Of a DNA stretch of 64,000 nucleotides, positions 1 through 15,224 are shown one piece after another (position 1 is the first letter of the stretch; every line of letters starts with the position of its first letter). Both the position numbers and the translations under genes were made by a program. The notes under the pieces were generated by a model. The model had not been told where the DNA came from and searched no databases. It worked only from the letters and a program-made list of their open reading frames with translations. The stretch comes from the human T2T-CHM13v2.0 reference genome, Homo sapiens: NCBI RefSeq assembly GCF_009914755.1, contig NC_060925.1; one strand, 5' to 3'.

Positions 1-880
1 TTGCAGATGCCCTTTTCAGTTTGAGGAAGTTCTCTTGTATTCCTAGTAGGCAGAGGGTATTTATCATGAAAGTGTTTTGAATTCTTTTTCAAAGTTTTTT
101 GATCTATTGAGATGATTACCTGGGAATTCTTTTGTATTCTATTTATGTGGCTTACTACATTAACTGATTTTCAGATGTTAAACTAACTTTGCATTCCTGG
201 GAGAAATCCAATCAGCTATGATGCATTACCCTATTATATATTGCAGGATTCCATTTGCTAATATGCTGTTAAGGTATTTTACATCTATGTTCATATGGAA
301 TATTCTAATGGGCTTTTCTTTTAGTGCTTTGTTAGGTTATGGGATTAAAGTTAGGTAGCCCTCACAAAATGAGCTGAGAAATATATGCCCTTCCTTGGTT
401 TTCTGAAAGAGTTTGTGTAGGACTAATATTATTTATTCCTTTATGTTAGTGGCAAATTCATTAGTGAAGCCATTTGGGACTGAGATTTTCCTTGTTGAAA
501 GGTTTTTAGATATGAATTAAATGTCTTTAATATATGTGAGGCTATTTCTATTTTTTGTTGTTGGTTTTGTGTTCATTTGTTCATTTCATTCAGGACATCA
601 GATTTATTAGCAGAGCTGTTCATAAAACTGTAATTTTTTAATGTTTATAAAATGTGCAACGACATTGATGTCTCTTTTTTAAATTTCTGATGTTGGTAAT
701 TTGTGTTTTTGATGTTGGTACTTTGTGTTTTCTGCTCATCAACTTTATTAACCTTTTCAAAGGACAAACTATTGCGTTTGTTCATTTTCACTATTTTTTG
801 TCCAATTTCTATTTGATTAATATCCACTCATGTTTTATTAATTATTTCTTTTCTTCTACTAATTTTGAATTGTTCTTTTT
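1..880 (-). mobile_element. Old L1 (L1M) ORF2 fragment
   Basis: gatgccctttt...ttgaggaagttc...attcctagt and downstream sequence match the reverse of the L1 ORF2 RT region; degenerate. Confidence 0.8.
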
Positions 881-2309
881 TCCTTTCCCATCATCAGTCT
901 TCTGGGTAAGAAAACAGCTTCACTCTAATGTCCTGCCTGCTACTCGTTGACTCACTCATTTTGCTATTCATCCCTGCTCATTTTTAGTTCCTTTCTTCCC
1001 AGATTCATAAGAGACTTAAACTCCCAGAAAAATGCTGGTGCTGGGGTGGGCAGAGGAAAAATTATGTTTGTGTAATTGAATATTGTAGTGAGTAGGCAAA
1101 AAGTGAAGGAAGGATAGACATTGATTGGCAAAATAGGTTGAGAAAGAGGGAGAAATGGAAACCATAACCTAGGAAGACAAACAACAAACGAGCTTGAGCT
1201 TTCAGTTTTTTCATGTATTTCATATGTTCAGCTTAAATTAGGCAGTAAAAGTCAAAAGAGACTCCAGGGGAATCAGGATCAATGGTTATGTGGCCACAGA
1301 ACTCTTGGGTCTCTCTAAATCCCAGGATAAAAGCTGACAGAACTAAACAGCAACACAACAACAGCAAAGCCATTAAAAATGATTATAATGAAACTAGGTG
1401 ACCAGCTGTGCCCAGAAGCCTCCCAAAAAAAGCAGGTAGGAACACACCACCAGCAGTCACAAAACCTGCATGGCATTAGCCCCTGTGTAGGAGAAAGCAG
1501 ATGATAGTAAAGGGGTGTCGGACTTTTGAAAGACCTGAAAACTGGAGAACCTAAAGTTCAGTGAGCCAATTTGAAAATGGGCGACTGAAAATAGAAGAGG
1601 TTCTGCTGATCCAATAGCCAGTGACTGCAAGAGTTCTGCAGTGGGAACTGAAGAGCCGAGGGCAATCTAGCTTCCACGGACTCTCAAAACTCACTGACCA
1701 GGGCACACTTCCACGGCAAGGCCCCACACTGAGGAGAAATCATTGAGAGTGGATGGGTAAGGGTGGTTAAAATAGGATATACTTAAAGATAAAAATTCTG
1801 AAGTTAGGGTGGGTTTCTCATTGGCAATGAAAAAAAAACCTCACATAGTTTATTTAAACATAATAATAATAAATAATACATTTCAAGGTTAAATTCAATT
1901 GAACACTTCGTGAGTGTTTCTGTTATTCACTGTAATATACACCTTGATATGCACAGTGCCTGGTATATAGGAACGTCCCTACATTTGTTTGGTGACTAGA
2001 TGAATTATTTGCAATTAAATGCTATATCACTGAAATATTTTTAGGAGATATTATCAAATATAGGAGTTATAGAAATCACAATTTCTACTTAGTTTTGGCA
2101 GGGAGTTAATTATGACTTGTTAAATAGAGAATGCTTACCCCAAATTGTCCTCCAATCCAGAAAAAAAAAAAAAACAAACCAGCACACATTCATAGTTTTT
2201 AAAATATTTGACTCAATAAACCATACATACCATTTTTAAATACCAAAAAATTTTGAATATACAAATCTATAGTCAGCAACTGTTCAGTGTATTCCGAAGT
2301 TGAGTCTTT

Positions 2310-2440
2310 TGATTTCCCACAACCAAATATACCAGACCTAAAGAATTAAAAGTCGCTAAAGTTAAAACCTAGGAATCTTCATTTTTAAAAAGTTCTGTTG
2401 ATGATTCTTATGAACACTAACATTTAAGAACTATTGCTTT
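2310..2440. mobile_element. MER5-like hAT-Charlie MITE fragment
   Basis: ccagaccta...ctaggaatct...tttttaaaaag...gatgattcttatg...tttaagaactattg pattern. Confidence 0.55.
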
Positions 2441-4399
2441 AATACTTGCTACCTACTCTGCCACTGCACCAAGTCAATCAATTCACAGGGACTCAGTCTT
2501 ACTCTCTTTTTCTTCTTAGTCATGCATCTCATCAAATTGTTGGTATGTCTATCACTGAGCCTCAGAGAAACATAGCCTTTCTAAGCTTAGCCAATATTGA
2601 AGCATTTATACCTCTAAACATCTGAATATAAGTTCTAGAAATAGACTGGTTTCAGCAATACCTTTTTAGAAAAGGCATTTATGAAATATCTAATCATTTG
2701 CAACACTGCCGGTGCTTACACAAAAAATCTATATCTATATTTATTTGTCTATATTTATACAGTATATTGTACTTGCTAGGAGCCTTCTCAGCCCTAAGAT
2801 GTGGATTCTGAGACTTACCACTTATTTATAGTACAGATACAATAACTTTTTTCCTTAAGCTTCTGCATCTAGAGAAGAAAAGTCCACATTAATGTAACAG
2901 GCTACCTTCGTAAGGAACTCATTCCACTTCAAAAATAAATAAATGAATCTGCAGTGGGTTCTGCCACATATAAATGTCATGAATTGGAGAATGCCAGGTG
3001 AATAAAGTACATCATAATACTTGTTTCCATTTAAGTGTTTTGTGATACTTCTGTTTATCATCTTGCTCAGCTGTCAAAAATACTCATTTGCAAAGAAAAG
3101 CTTCTACATTGGTGTAAAACCAAGATGTCTTTTCTTTTCCAGTCTACAATGCCTGTCATTTGTCAGGCTGGTATATTTTTATAGCTCCTCTTCCCCTCCA
3201 AAAGGCATTTCCAAGAAACTGCTTTCTAAACTTCCCCACGATAATCTCTAAGGAGTGTGCAAAAAGGTAAAATTCTGAAGCATGCTCAAATAAAACTATA
3301 GTAGGAAAGGAATATTTTTTTCTCAATCTTTTGAGTGTTCAAGACAGAAAGAGTGTAAAGAGGTTCCCCACATACTGCTGTTCCCAGCAATGGTTACATA
3401 TTTGAATGGTTTTAAGAGGAAGCAATGTAATTATAGTCCTTCTAGTTCTCAAAGGGGTATAATTTCCCATTGCATTATTCTCTCTCTCTCTCTCTTTTTT
3501 TTTGGATGGTTTAGGTCTATTTCGCTCAGAGGATATAAGCTATAATGTGTAAAAGATGCAGGTAATATATGTCACCATGTTAAATTAGAGCATTTCATAA
3601 ATGTCATCTGAATGGCACAACTATACAGTGTGGTCTTATTGTAATTTGCTGCAAAATTAATATAGTAGTTATTAATAAGATGGTGTTTTGACTTTATCAA
3701 AATGAAAGATCTCACAGAAGCATTTATTTCTAACGTGAATAAATGTATTTTCCATGTCTATAGTTAATGTTGTATAAAGATACACTTTCAGAAAAGTTAA
3801 CTCATTTGGCTTAACTATCTGTTTTATTTTAGTACAAGTGGTAAAAGTTGCTAGGAACTTACACAGGAGAATGCCTGCTTAATATGTTAGTTAATTGAAT
3901 ACTTGAAAATATAAATTCCAAATAGATTTTGAGAGGAAGGTATCCATCTGAGATGACAAGGAAAACAAATAAATCAGGTTTTCTAAAAAGTAACTTTATA
4001 AAATATTCAAATTTCTTAGGTTATATAGGTAAGATAAGTGGAATCTCTGTTATACATTAAGCACTAAGGGAGGTACATTAAGTCTCTAATATCAACCAAA
4101 TCTCCATTTGAGGAATGTGTCGATTCCAATAAATTAATTTGCTGCTTCTTTATATGAACATTGCTATTTCCTATTTAGGAATTTTATTTAATATTTAGGA
4201 TGAAATTAATAGGATTTGATACAATAATTCACAAACAAATGGGTATGTTTCCTTCCTACTTTTGGATAGTGTAAGTAAATACCCAGTTTAGCAATCTGCT
4301 GTAGGTTTCCTCTTAAGTGCTGAACACTATGCTGAGTGCTAGGAACACATTTTTGGTAGGAACCCTATGTCTCTAACCTCCAGCTGGGCATGAGCTTTG

Positions 4400-4575
4400 G
4401 AAATTCACAAGTTTTCAATTTCTGCACAACCTCCTTATTACTTGTGTGATATTGGAGGAGTTATTTAATTTCCAAAAGGCTGGATGTCCTCAACTTTACA
4501 GTGGATAAATTAATAACTGCTTTACCAGCTTTGGTAAGGACTGAATTAATGAACTACAATGCTTGGCATATTTTT
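4400..4575 (+). mobile_element. MIR fragment
   Basis: tgtgtgatattgg...ttatttaat...aataactgct...gtaaggactgaatta...tgcttggcata resembles the MIR core. Confidence 0.5.
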
Positions 4576-4924
4576 GTACATGACGAGTGCAAGACAAGTG
4601 GAACCTATGAGAATCTTACAGACTAGTTTCTGTCATTTCTGTCCTCGCACATTTTTAGCAATATGCCAATCTGTCTTGTACACCCCAAAATGCAGCACTC
4701 AATACTTGGCACCAAAACAACATGTGGGTAAGTCAAGGTAGAGGCAGGGTTCTATGGCCCAGCAGAAGCTGAGACAACGTCCAGTCCAGGAGAATAATAG
4801 AAAGCCTCATCATCGGCTCTTTCTTGATTCTTGGAGTGTCCTTGCCTCTAGAAATGATCAGCACATTGGTTTAGTGAGTGAGGAATGAAGGAGGCTGATT
4901 ATATTCTGTTCCTCAATAAGCCAG

Positions 4925-5286
4925 TGTACTCGTCTGTTTTCACGCTGGTGATAAAGACATACCTGAGACTGGGCAATTTACAAAAGAAGGGGGTTTGTTG
5001 GACTTACAGTTCCATATGGCTGGGGAGGCCTCACAATCATGGCAGAAGGCAAGGAGGAGCAAGTCACCTCTTACATGGATGGCAGCAGGCAGAGAAAGCT
5101 TGTGCAGGTAAACTCCCATTTTTAAAACCATCAGATCTCATGAGACTCATTCATTATCACAAGAACAGCACAGGAAAGACCTGCCCCCATGATTCAATCA
5201 TCTCCCACCAGGTTGCTCCCACAACACGTGGGAATTATGGGAGCTATTAGATGAGATTTGGGTAGGGACACAGCCAAACCATATCA
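4925..5286 (-). mobile_element. THE1 (B/C-like) solo LTR, ERVL-MaLR
   Basis: Ends gggacacagccaaaccatatca (reverse of the THE1 5' end); 5-bp TSD gccag/gtcag. Confidence 0.92.
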
Positions 5287-5989
5287 GTCAGTATCATCAA
5301 AAAGCACTAAGGGTCACTATGATGTAATGAATAATTTGTTTAAACAAACTTACTATTCTCATATCTATCTATATCTACCTACTTACCTACCTACATATCT
5401 AAACAAAAGTTGTTTTCATCCTTTAATCATAACTCCAGGAAACTATATACAGCCTATGGTGTCTGTTCTTGCTAAAAGTCTTAAAATACTCATATTTTGA
5501 AATTGCTTTCAAATCTATGATCCCTCAGCATCTTCTATGCAATTAATGCTCTTTATGCTTAATTGCTCTCCCAGCCCCCTCCTCTGGGAACATGTAGGAG
5601 GCAGTAATTGTTTTCTCATTTCCTTGTTCCTGGGGCTTCTCTCTCACATGTGCTCATGAACAAATCTTTTAACCTTGCACACAAGCTGTTTCTCCTCCTA
5701 TGTCCAATTCTCTCTTGCTGATACATGCTGCTATGATATGTGCTTTCACAGGTGCATCTACCAATATTACAGGGTCCACCTCCAAGCAGGTAGTCCCACC
5801 AATATTAATGGCTTGGCACCCCTGAGATGCTCATGGGGTACTCTATTCTCAGAGGTCCTCATTAAACAGAAGTTATCCTGTTCTGTGTGTAGAAAAGAAG
5901 AGAATGCCCCTTTCGCTCTTGGGCTACCTTCTGTTGCATGAGTATTAAGCAGAGATGACATGCTCCCCATCAAGACTCATTCTCCCTAG

Positions 5990-6370
5990 TCTTCAATAGT
6001 ACACAAATGTAGCTGCAAAGTGGTTACCCAGCTAGAGACTACATGTCTTCAGCCTTCTATATAACTAGTTAGCAATGTGACTAGCTATCATCAATGGCAA
6101 TGATAGCAGAAGCGACACACACCTCTTTTGGACCAAAGCATTTTAAAAGTGGAAGTTGTTTTCCACATTGTCTTTTCCTTCCCTAGTTAAAGGCATATCC
6201 AGGCAATGGAAGGAGCATGTGTCCCTGAATTGTCACAAAGAGAAGATCCAACAAGGAGGTAGGAACAGCTGTCTTGGAGAGGTTATATGAGCAACAAATG
6301 AGCCTGTATATTGTTTTGGCCACTAGATATTTGGGGGTTTGTTACATCTGTTTAGCCTATTCTAACTACA
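5990..6370 (+). mobile_element. Old MLT1-type LTR
   Basis: atgtgactag...ggaaggagc..gtgtccctga...ttgggggtttgttac...ctaactaca resembles the MLT1 3' end. Confidence 0.55.
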
Positions 6371-7844
6371 TTGCTATTGGTAGCAAGGCAATGGGCCTTG
6401 TATCACATTATCTTGCACTTACTAGTTAAATCAGTTCTTCCAATATCCAGACACTACCTAATGCTTCTGCTAGTGCTATTATGGCTATTTAGGGCTATTG
6501 AATCTAGCCTTAAATGCCTGAGGTATTGGTATTTGGCCAATTTTGTATACCTGGGCCCTTGTGATGAGCTTGTTCCCAAAAAGATGTCAGATGTATTCAA
6601 ACATGTGGAACTCAACATAAACTGGAGGCTAAGACCTCATCTCAGTTACAACTCCATCTATTTTTACTTTCAGGCAGTTTGTCACAACCTTGATTCTTGG
6701 ATAACTCCCTCAATACTAACCTTCCTATCCAGCTAAGATTAATTTTTCCCTTCTTTTCCCATTTATACCCCAGGACCTTTGTTCCTGTCTTTGTGAATCT
6801 CATCCTCTACAATCTCAGAATAATGAGATATTACTCAATTTACCAGCTCTATGAGAAATATTACTACTAAACTTCCCTAATTCTCTGAAGGAGAGACCAC
6901 GTGGCTTGTGCCAAGACCTTTCTGTCTCTATTGAAGCTCTGGGAAAACTCTCCTCTTTTCACATCCTTCACCACCTCAATGTATACATCCAATATCCATG
7001 GATCATACTATTCATGGTCAGGTTTCTCATAAGCTAAGGAAACTTATGCAATACTTATTTTTTCTATTTGTACACTTTAATATTTGAGTCATACAAAATA
7101 TAAGAATATACTTCAGGGAAGTTCACCTGATGACTTTTGGACATGTTATGGTAATTAATGACAAATACCTAATTCTGAACAGAAGAGAAACCATTAATGA
7201 ACTGCAGAAAAATGGTACATTATGCAGAGAAAGTATATTCTGTTCAAATTTTAAATGTATTGTTTTGAAAATTATCACTTCACCAGAACAATCAATTTTC
7301 ATGAGTAGGGTCTCTGTTCCTTATTATTCCATCTTCCATAGGTCAGACCTAGAAATGCTTCTTTCACTGATGCCTTTCCATTTCGTCTAATTCATTTCAA
7401 CCTCAGTTTCCTTTCTTATTAATCTATTTTTAAATATCTCTTAATCATTTATTTCTGTTCTGTTGCTATTACAGTAACCTATTGATGCTTTATTGAGCAT
7501 TACAATCTGCTATTCTCTCTTTTTATATAATTACAACTATATTTTTGGTTTTCACACAACTTTTTAATTCCCTTATTTGTTGTTTTTATTTCCTTTTAAA
7601 AATGGCTATTAGGTGATATACTCTAATTTTAAAGGTAGAGCCCAGGGCACAATTCAAGCCTAACTTAATTTGGATGACTTGGAAAATCCTTGCTTTTAAG
7701 ATGGGATTCAGAGGATGGAGCAAAGTAAACCCACAACTGACCAAGAGTATACATGTGCTCGTGAGTACACACTCACAACTCCCCTACCCCCATCTACATT
7801 CAGCTTCTTTGGTCTACATATCTTTGATATACAGTGTTCTAACT

Positions 7845-8010
7845 CCTTGGTTATCAAAAAGTGGTTCACAGACAGGCGGCAATTGTATCATCTGGGAACT
7901 TTTACACATGTAAAATCTGAGCCCCAACCCCAAACTTCCTGAATGAGAATCTGTCTTTTAAAAAGATACCTAGGATAGTCACATGTGCATTAAAAGTTTG
8001 AGGACTACCC
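7845..8010. mobile_element. MER5A MITE
   Basis: gtggttcacagac...catctgggaact...aatgagaatctg...aaagtttgagga. Confidence 0.7.
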
Positions 8011-9879
8011 TAGCTGATGACCACCATCTTGACTACAGTGGCTGAACCCCCATGGCTTCCTCAGCTCAACCCAATAACAAGCAAAGTAAACGGGAGAGAA
8101 GGTAGCAGGGATGAAAAAAGTCCCAAGCAAGAAAGCACTCAGACAATATTTCTTGAATGCATTCTACATGAGTCAGGCCATATGCTAGGGACTTATGTTA
8201 GGGACTTTCACCGGTCTCCCTACCTTATCACCATCACCTGTGGAGGTGGCTATAGCAGGGACTCTGGGGCTACCAGAAAATATGTGGAGGAGTGGGGTCA
8301 GTGGAGGGAAAGGATGGAGACAAGCGGCTCACTCCCACCTTGGGTCAGGATCAGACTGAGATCTCTAGATGTATGCACTTTAGGTGTGGATTCACAGACC
8401 CTTCTCCAGATATGTCAAAGTACAGAAGAGGCATCATCTAGGCCTGGGACTCTATTTGATTGATCTGAACTTAAGTCACACTAGATGAGGAAATGGAAAA
8501 GGACAGTTAACCTCCAACTCAGGATGCATGTCAAGTAATTCATGCATTAAGTTCAAGCAAACAAGAAGGAAGTGCAGTGGTATCCTGAAAAACTCACATA
8601 ATATGTACCTGAACTAATAACCCAGCCTGTTCATAAGATAGACTTCTTTTCCATGGTGAAATAATTATCATCTTTTTTGGTTCATGTATCCCTTTTGGAT
8701 CTGATGAAAGTACTGAAAGCTCTCACCCTCAAAAATACAGACAAAAGAAAAAAAAAAAGGAAAAATACACAGACTTACAGTTGTATGACACAGACATAAA
8801 TTGTATCCTACTCAATTTATACAGACATAAAATATACACTCATATAGTAACCCAAGGGATCCAAGGATTCCATGTTAGTTATTCCTCAATAATCATTATT
8901 ACTCTTCATTTTCCTCTCTCCTATTAATATTAGTACTGTGCTTTAGATGTTCTCTCTGTCTTGACTGTGGCATCAGTATTTTTAGGATTCAGTGACTCAG
9001 AGCATTACTTTATGCCCCTCTCAAGATTTTGGCATTCACATAAGGAAGAATTACAACATTTCTTATGGAAGAATAAGGCAAACATGCCATATCTTATGAG
9101 ATTGGATTGAGTTTCAAATGACAAGTGCCAAAGGGAAAGTTCCCTTCCAGAACATAGAGCGCACGACACAGTCACTCAGGCCATTTGGGGCTGGCTTCAT
9201 TCCTAAGTTATTATAACAAAATGAGACTTGAACTACTGCCTAATTTCCTTGTGTGCTCCCTAATATTATTAAGGATTGAAATTGCATGAATTTTTTAAAT
9301 GTCCTTGAATTCAATTTTGCAGTTTATAATTCTGACACTGTTGACAACTTTTTAAGTGTGTGTTCTGTTATCCTATTGACAATGTCTGGAAACATTTTTT
9401 GAAATCTTTTATAACATTATTTAGGTAAGGTAGACTTGACACAATATCTCCACATGTAACGATACTCCATAAACTTTGTCTCTATACTTGGAGCATGAGA
9501 AAATAATAAAAATTAAGATAATATATGAATGTGATTTAAAGATAAACAATGTGGGGGTTTAAAGTCAGAAAACAGTTCTATCATTCTTATTTACATTCCT
9601 ATTCTTATGTGTAATTCTCTCTGGCTATATATCAGGTTGAATGAAAATTCTCCTTTTTTTCTGACTATAAAAGTTATAAATAAAGCAGATTTGGAAAGAG
9701 AAAAAAGTTTATATAAAAGGAAAAATGTTTTTAAAACCAAAAAAGTTAACATTTTAAAGCATGTCTTTCCTTCCATATATTTTTAAAACAGATTTTTGCA
9801 CTTGGAAACAAAACAAAACAAGCTTTCTCTATTCTTCGTCCGTCTTCCTTTCCCTACTCTAATTTCTGAGACTTGAGCA

Positions 9880-11940
<2,061 letters not shown>

Positions 11941-12414
11941 TGAAATATTTGGATATAGTATTTTTAGCCCTCTACTTGTTATTTGTTTATCTCAAATCAC
12001 AAAAAATTGTGATTTGATCTTAAATAAAATTGAATTACTAAACATGTATGTAAGGAAACTATCCTTGCAGACCATAAAGACCAATGGATACTTTGAAAAT
12101 ATTTTTTGACTTATGTATTTATTTCTTTGGATCATAATTGTTTGTCATTTCCTTTGTTTAATGTTGTCCCCAGTCTTACATTCCTTTTTCACTTTGCATA
12201 TTGAATATTTTAATATGGGGTTATGAATGGTAATGTTTTGACCATCTCTCGTACAAAAAGAATCTTAACCTCATGTTGGTGCCATAGCTTGGATAGAACT
12301 GAGTATCAAGTTTTTCTTCAAAATGTCTTCTTTTGGGATTTTAAGGTTATTCTGAACTGTCTTCTAGTAATATTAAATTCCTAATGATGTTAATATGACT
12401 CTCATTTCCTTGTA

Positions 12415-12482
12415 TCTCTCTCTCTGTCTTTCTCTCTCTATATATATACATATATACACACATATATGTACATATATATGTA
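12415..12482. repeat. Compound (CT)n(TA)n/(CA) microsatellite
   Basis: tctctctctctg...tatatatacatatatacacacatatatg. Confidence 0.85.
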
Positions 12483-12550
12483 GTATTTAATTTTGAATTA
12501 ATAATAAATTATTTCTGTTTCCAAAGAAATCTGAGATAGTTTTACTGGAG

Positions 12551-15169
12551 CAATATGTGTTCGCTGTGTCCCCACCCAAATCTCATCTTGAATTGTAGTT
12601 CCCATAATCCCCATGTCATGGGAGGAACCAGGTGGAGATAATTGAATCATGAGGGGCAGTTTCTCCCATCCTATTCTTCTGATAGTGAGTTCTCACATGA
12701 TCTGATGGTTTTATAAGGAACTTTCCCCCACCCTCACTTGGCACTTCTCCTTGCTGTCACCATGTGAAGAAGGATGTGTTTGTTTCCCCTTCTGCCATGA
12801 TTGTAAGTTTACTGAGGCCTCCCCCGCCCTGAGGAACTATAAGTCAATTAACATCCTTCCTTTATAAATTACCCAGTCTCAGGTTTGTTCTTATAGTTGA
12901 GTGAGAATGGACTAATACAATAAATCAGTACTGGGTAGTGGGGCGCTGCTGTAAAGACACCCAAAAAAGTGGAAGCAACTTTGGGACTGGGTAACAGGCA
13001 GAGGCTGGAACAGTTGGGAGGGCTCAGAAGAAGGTAGGAAAATGTGGGAAAGTTTGAAAGAGATTGGAGGGCTCAGAAGACAGAAAGATGTGGGAAAGTT
13101 TGGAACTTCCTGGAGACTTGTTGAATGGCTTTGACCAAAATGCTGATAGTGATATGGACAATAAAGGCCAGGCTGAGGTGGTCTCAGCTGGAGATAAGTA
13201 ACTTGTGGGGAACTGGAGTAAAGGTCATTCTTGCTATGCAAAGAGGCTGGTGGCATTTTGCCCCTCCCCTGGAGATCTGCAGAGCTTTGAACTTGAAAGA
13301 GATGATTTAGGGTATCTAGTGGAAGAAATGTCTAAGTAGTAAGTGTTAAAGAGGAAGCAGAGCATAAAAGTTTGAAAAATTTGCAGGCTGACAATGCAGT
13401 AGAAAAGCAAAACACATTTTCCGGAGAGAAATTCAAGTTGGCTGCAGAAATTTGCATAACTAACAAGAAGCCAAATGTTAATCACCAAGACAATGGGGGA
13501 AAGTGTCTCCAGGACATGTCTCATCACCCCTCCCATCACAGGCCTGGAGGCCTAGGAGGAAAAAATGGTCCCATGGGCCCAGGGCCCCCCCACTGTGTGC
13601 AGTCTAGGGACTTGGTGCCGTGTCCCAACTGCTCCAGCTATGGCTAAAAGGGATCAACATACAGCTCAGACTATTGCATCAGAGAATGGCAGCTCCAAGC
13701 CTTGGCAGCTTCCACATGGTGTTGGGCCTGCAGGTGTGCAGAAGACAAGAATTGAGGTTTGGGAACCTCCGCCTAGCTTTCAGAGGATGTATGGAAATGC
13801 CTGGATGTCCAGGCAGAGGATGTGCTGCAGGGGCAGAGCCCTAATGAATGAAGTACCTCTGCTAAGGTAGTGTGGAAGGGAAATGTGGGGTCAGACCCCC
13901 CACACAGAGTCCCCACTGGGGTACTGCCTGGTGAATCTGTGAGAAGGGGGCCACCATCCTCCAGACCTCAGAATGGTAGATCCACCAACACCTTGCATCG
14001 TGTGCCTGGAAAAGCCACAGACACTCAATGCCAGCCTGTGAAAGGAGCCAGAAGGAGGGCTGTACCCAGCAAAGCCACAGGGGCCGAGCTGCCCAAGGCT
14101 GTGGGAGCTACCTCTTGCATCAGCATGCCCTGGATGTAAGATATGGAGTCAAAGGAGATCATTTGGTAACTTTGAGGTTTAATGACTGCCCCATTGGGTT
14201 TCAGACTTGCATGGGGACTGTAGGCCCTTTGCTTTGGCCAATTTCTCCTATTTGGAATGTGTGTAGTTACCCATTGCCTGTACCGCTATTGTATCTAGGA
14301 AGTAACTAACTTGCTTTTGCTTTTACAGGCTTGTAGGCAGAAGGGACATGCCTTGCCTCAGATGAGACTTTGGACTTGAACTTTTGAGTTAATGCTGGAA
14401 TGAGTTAACACTGTGGGGGACTCTTGGAAGGGCATGATTTTGTTTTGAATGGTGAGAACATGAGATTTGGGAGGGGCCAAGTGTGAGTTTGGCTGTGTCC
14501 CAACCCAAATCTCATCTTGAATTGTAGTTCCCATAATCCCCATGTGTTGTGGGAGGAACCAGGTGGAGATAATTGAATCATGGGGGCAGTTTCCCCCATT
14601 CTGTTCTAATGATAGTGAATTAGTTCTCATGAAATCTGATGGTTTCAAAAGGGGCTTTCCCTGTTCCTCACTCGGCACTTCTCTCTTGCCTGCTGCCATG
14701 TAAGACATGCCTTTGCTTCTCCTTTGCTTTCAGCCATGATTGTGAGGCCTTCCCAGCCACGTAGAATTGTAAGTCCATTAAATCTATTCTTCTGGCCAGG
14801 TGTGGTGGCTCATGCCTGTAATCCTAGCACTTTGGGAGGCTGAGGTGGGTGGGATTTGACACCAGTCTAGCCAACATGGTGAAACTCTGTCTCTACTAAA
14901 AATACAAAAAAAAGAAAAAAATTAGCCAGGCATGGTGGTGAGCATCTGCAATCCTAGCTGTTCAGGAGGCCGAGGCAGGAGAATAGCTTGAACCCCAGAG
15001 GTGGAGGTGGCAGTGAGCCAAGATTGAGCCACTGCACTCCAGCCTGGGTGACAGAGCGAGACTCTGTCTCTAAATAAATAAATAAATAAATAAATAAAAA
15101 CCTATTTTTCTTTACAACTTACTCTGTCTTGGGTATTTCTTCCCAGCAGTACAAAAATGGACTAATACA
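12551..15169 (+). mobile_element. Full THE1 MaLR element: 5' LTR 12551-12919, internal ~12920-14480, 3' LTR ~14481-15169 (Alu-interrupted)
   Basis: Both LTRs start gctgtgtccc..cccaaatctcatcttgaattgtag and end ggactaataca; THE1-int between them; TSD tggag/tgggg. Confidence 0.93.
14794..15097 (+). mobile_element. AluS SINE with (TAAA)n tail inside the THE1 3' LTR
   Basis: Alu dimer; TSD aaatctattcttct/aaacctatttttct. Confidence 0.93.
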
Positions 15170-15224
15170 TGGGGTACTGTATTTACTAGAATACTATGTA
15201 TTAGAATGGGGTAAACTTTAAAGA

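Noticed and set aside
1200-1760. GC-richer segment, possibly regulatory
   Set aside because: Resembles a decayed L1M 5'UTR; neither identity nor function can be supported from sequence alone.
3857-3892. Possible 12-nt microexon (GCAG|GCATTCTCCTGT|GTAAGT) with a CTAAC branch-like motif
   Set aside because: No polypyrimidine tract, and the branch motif is too close to the AG.
8017-8463. 148-aa plus-strand ORF
   Set aside because: No recognisable domain or splice context and antisense in an intron; consistent with chance in a locally GC-richer patch.
12912-14708. Cluster of overlapping 60-116 aa ORFs
   Set aside because: All lie in THE1 internal or LTR sequence, which commonly yields such ORFs; fragmented, not a gene.
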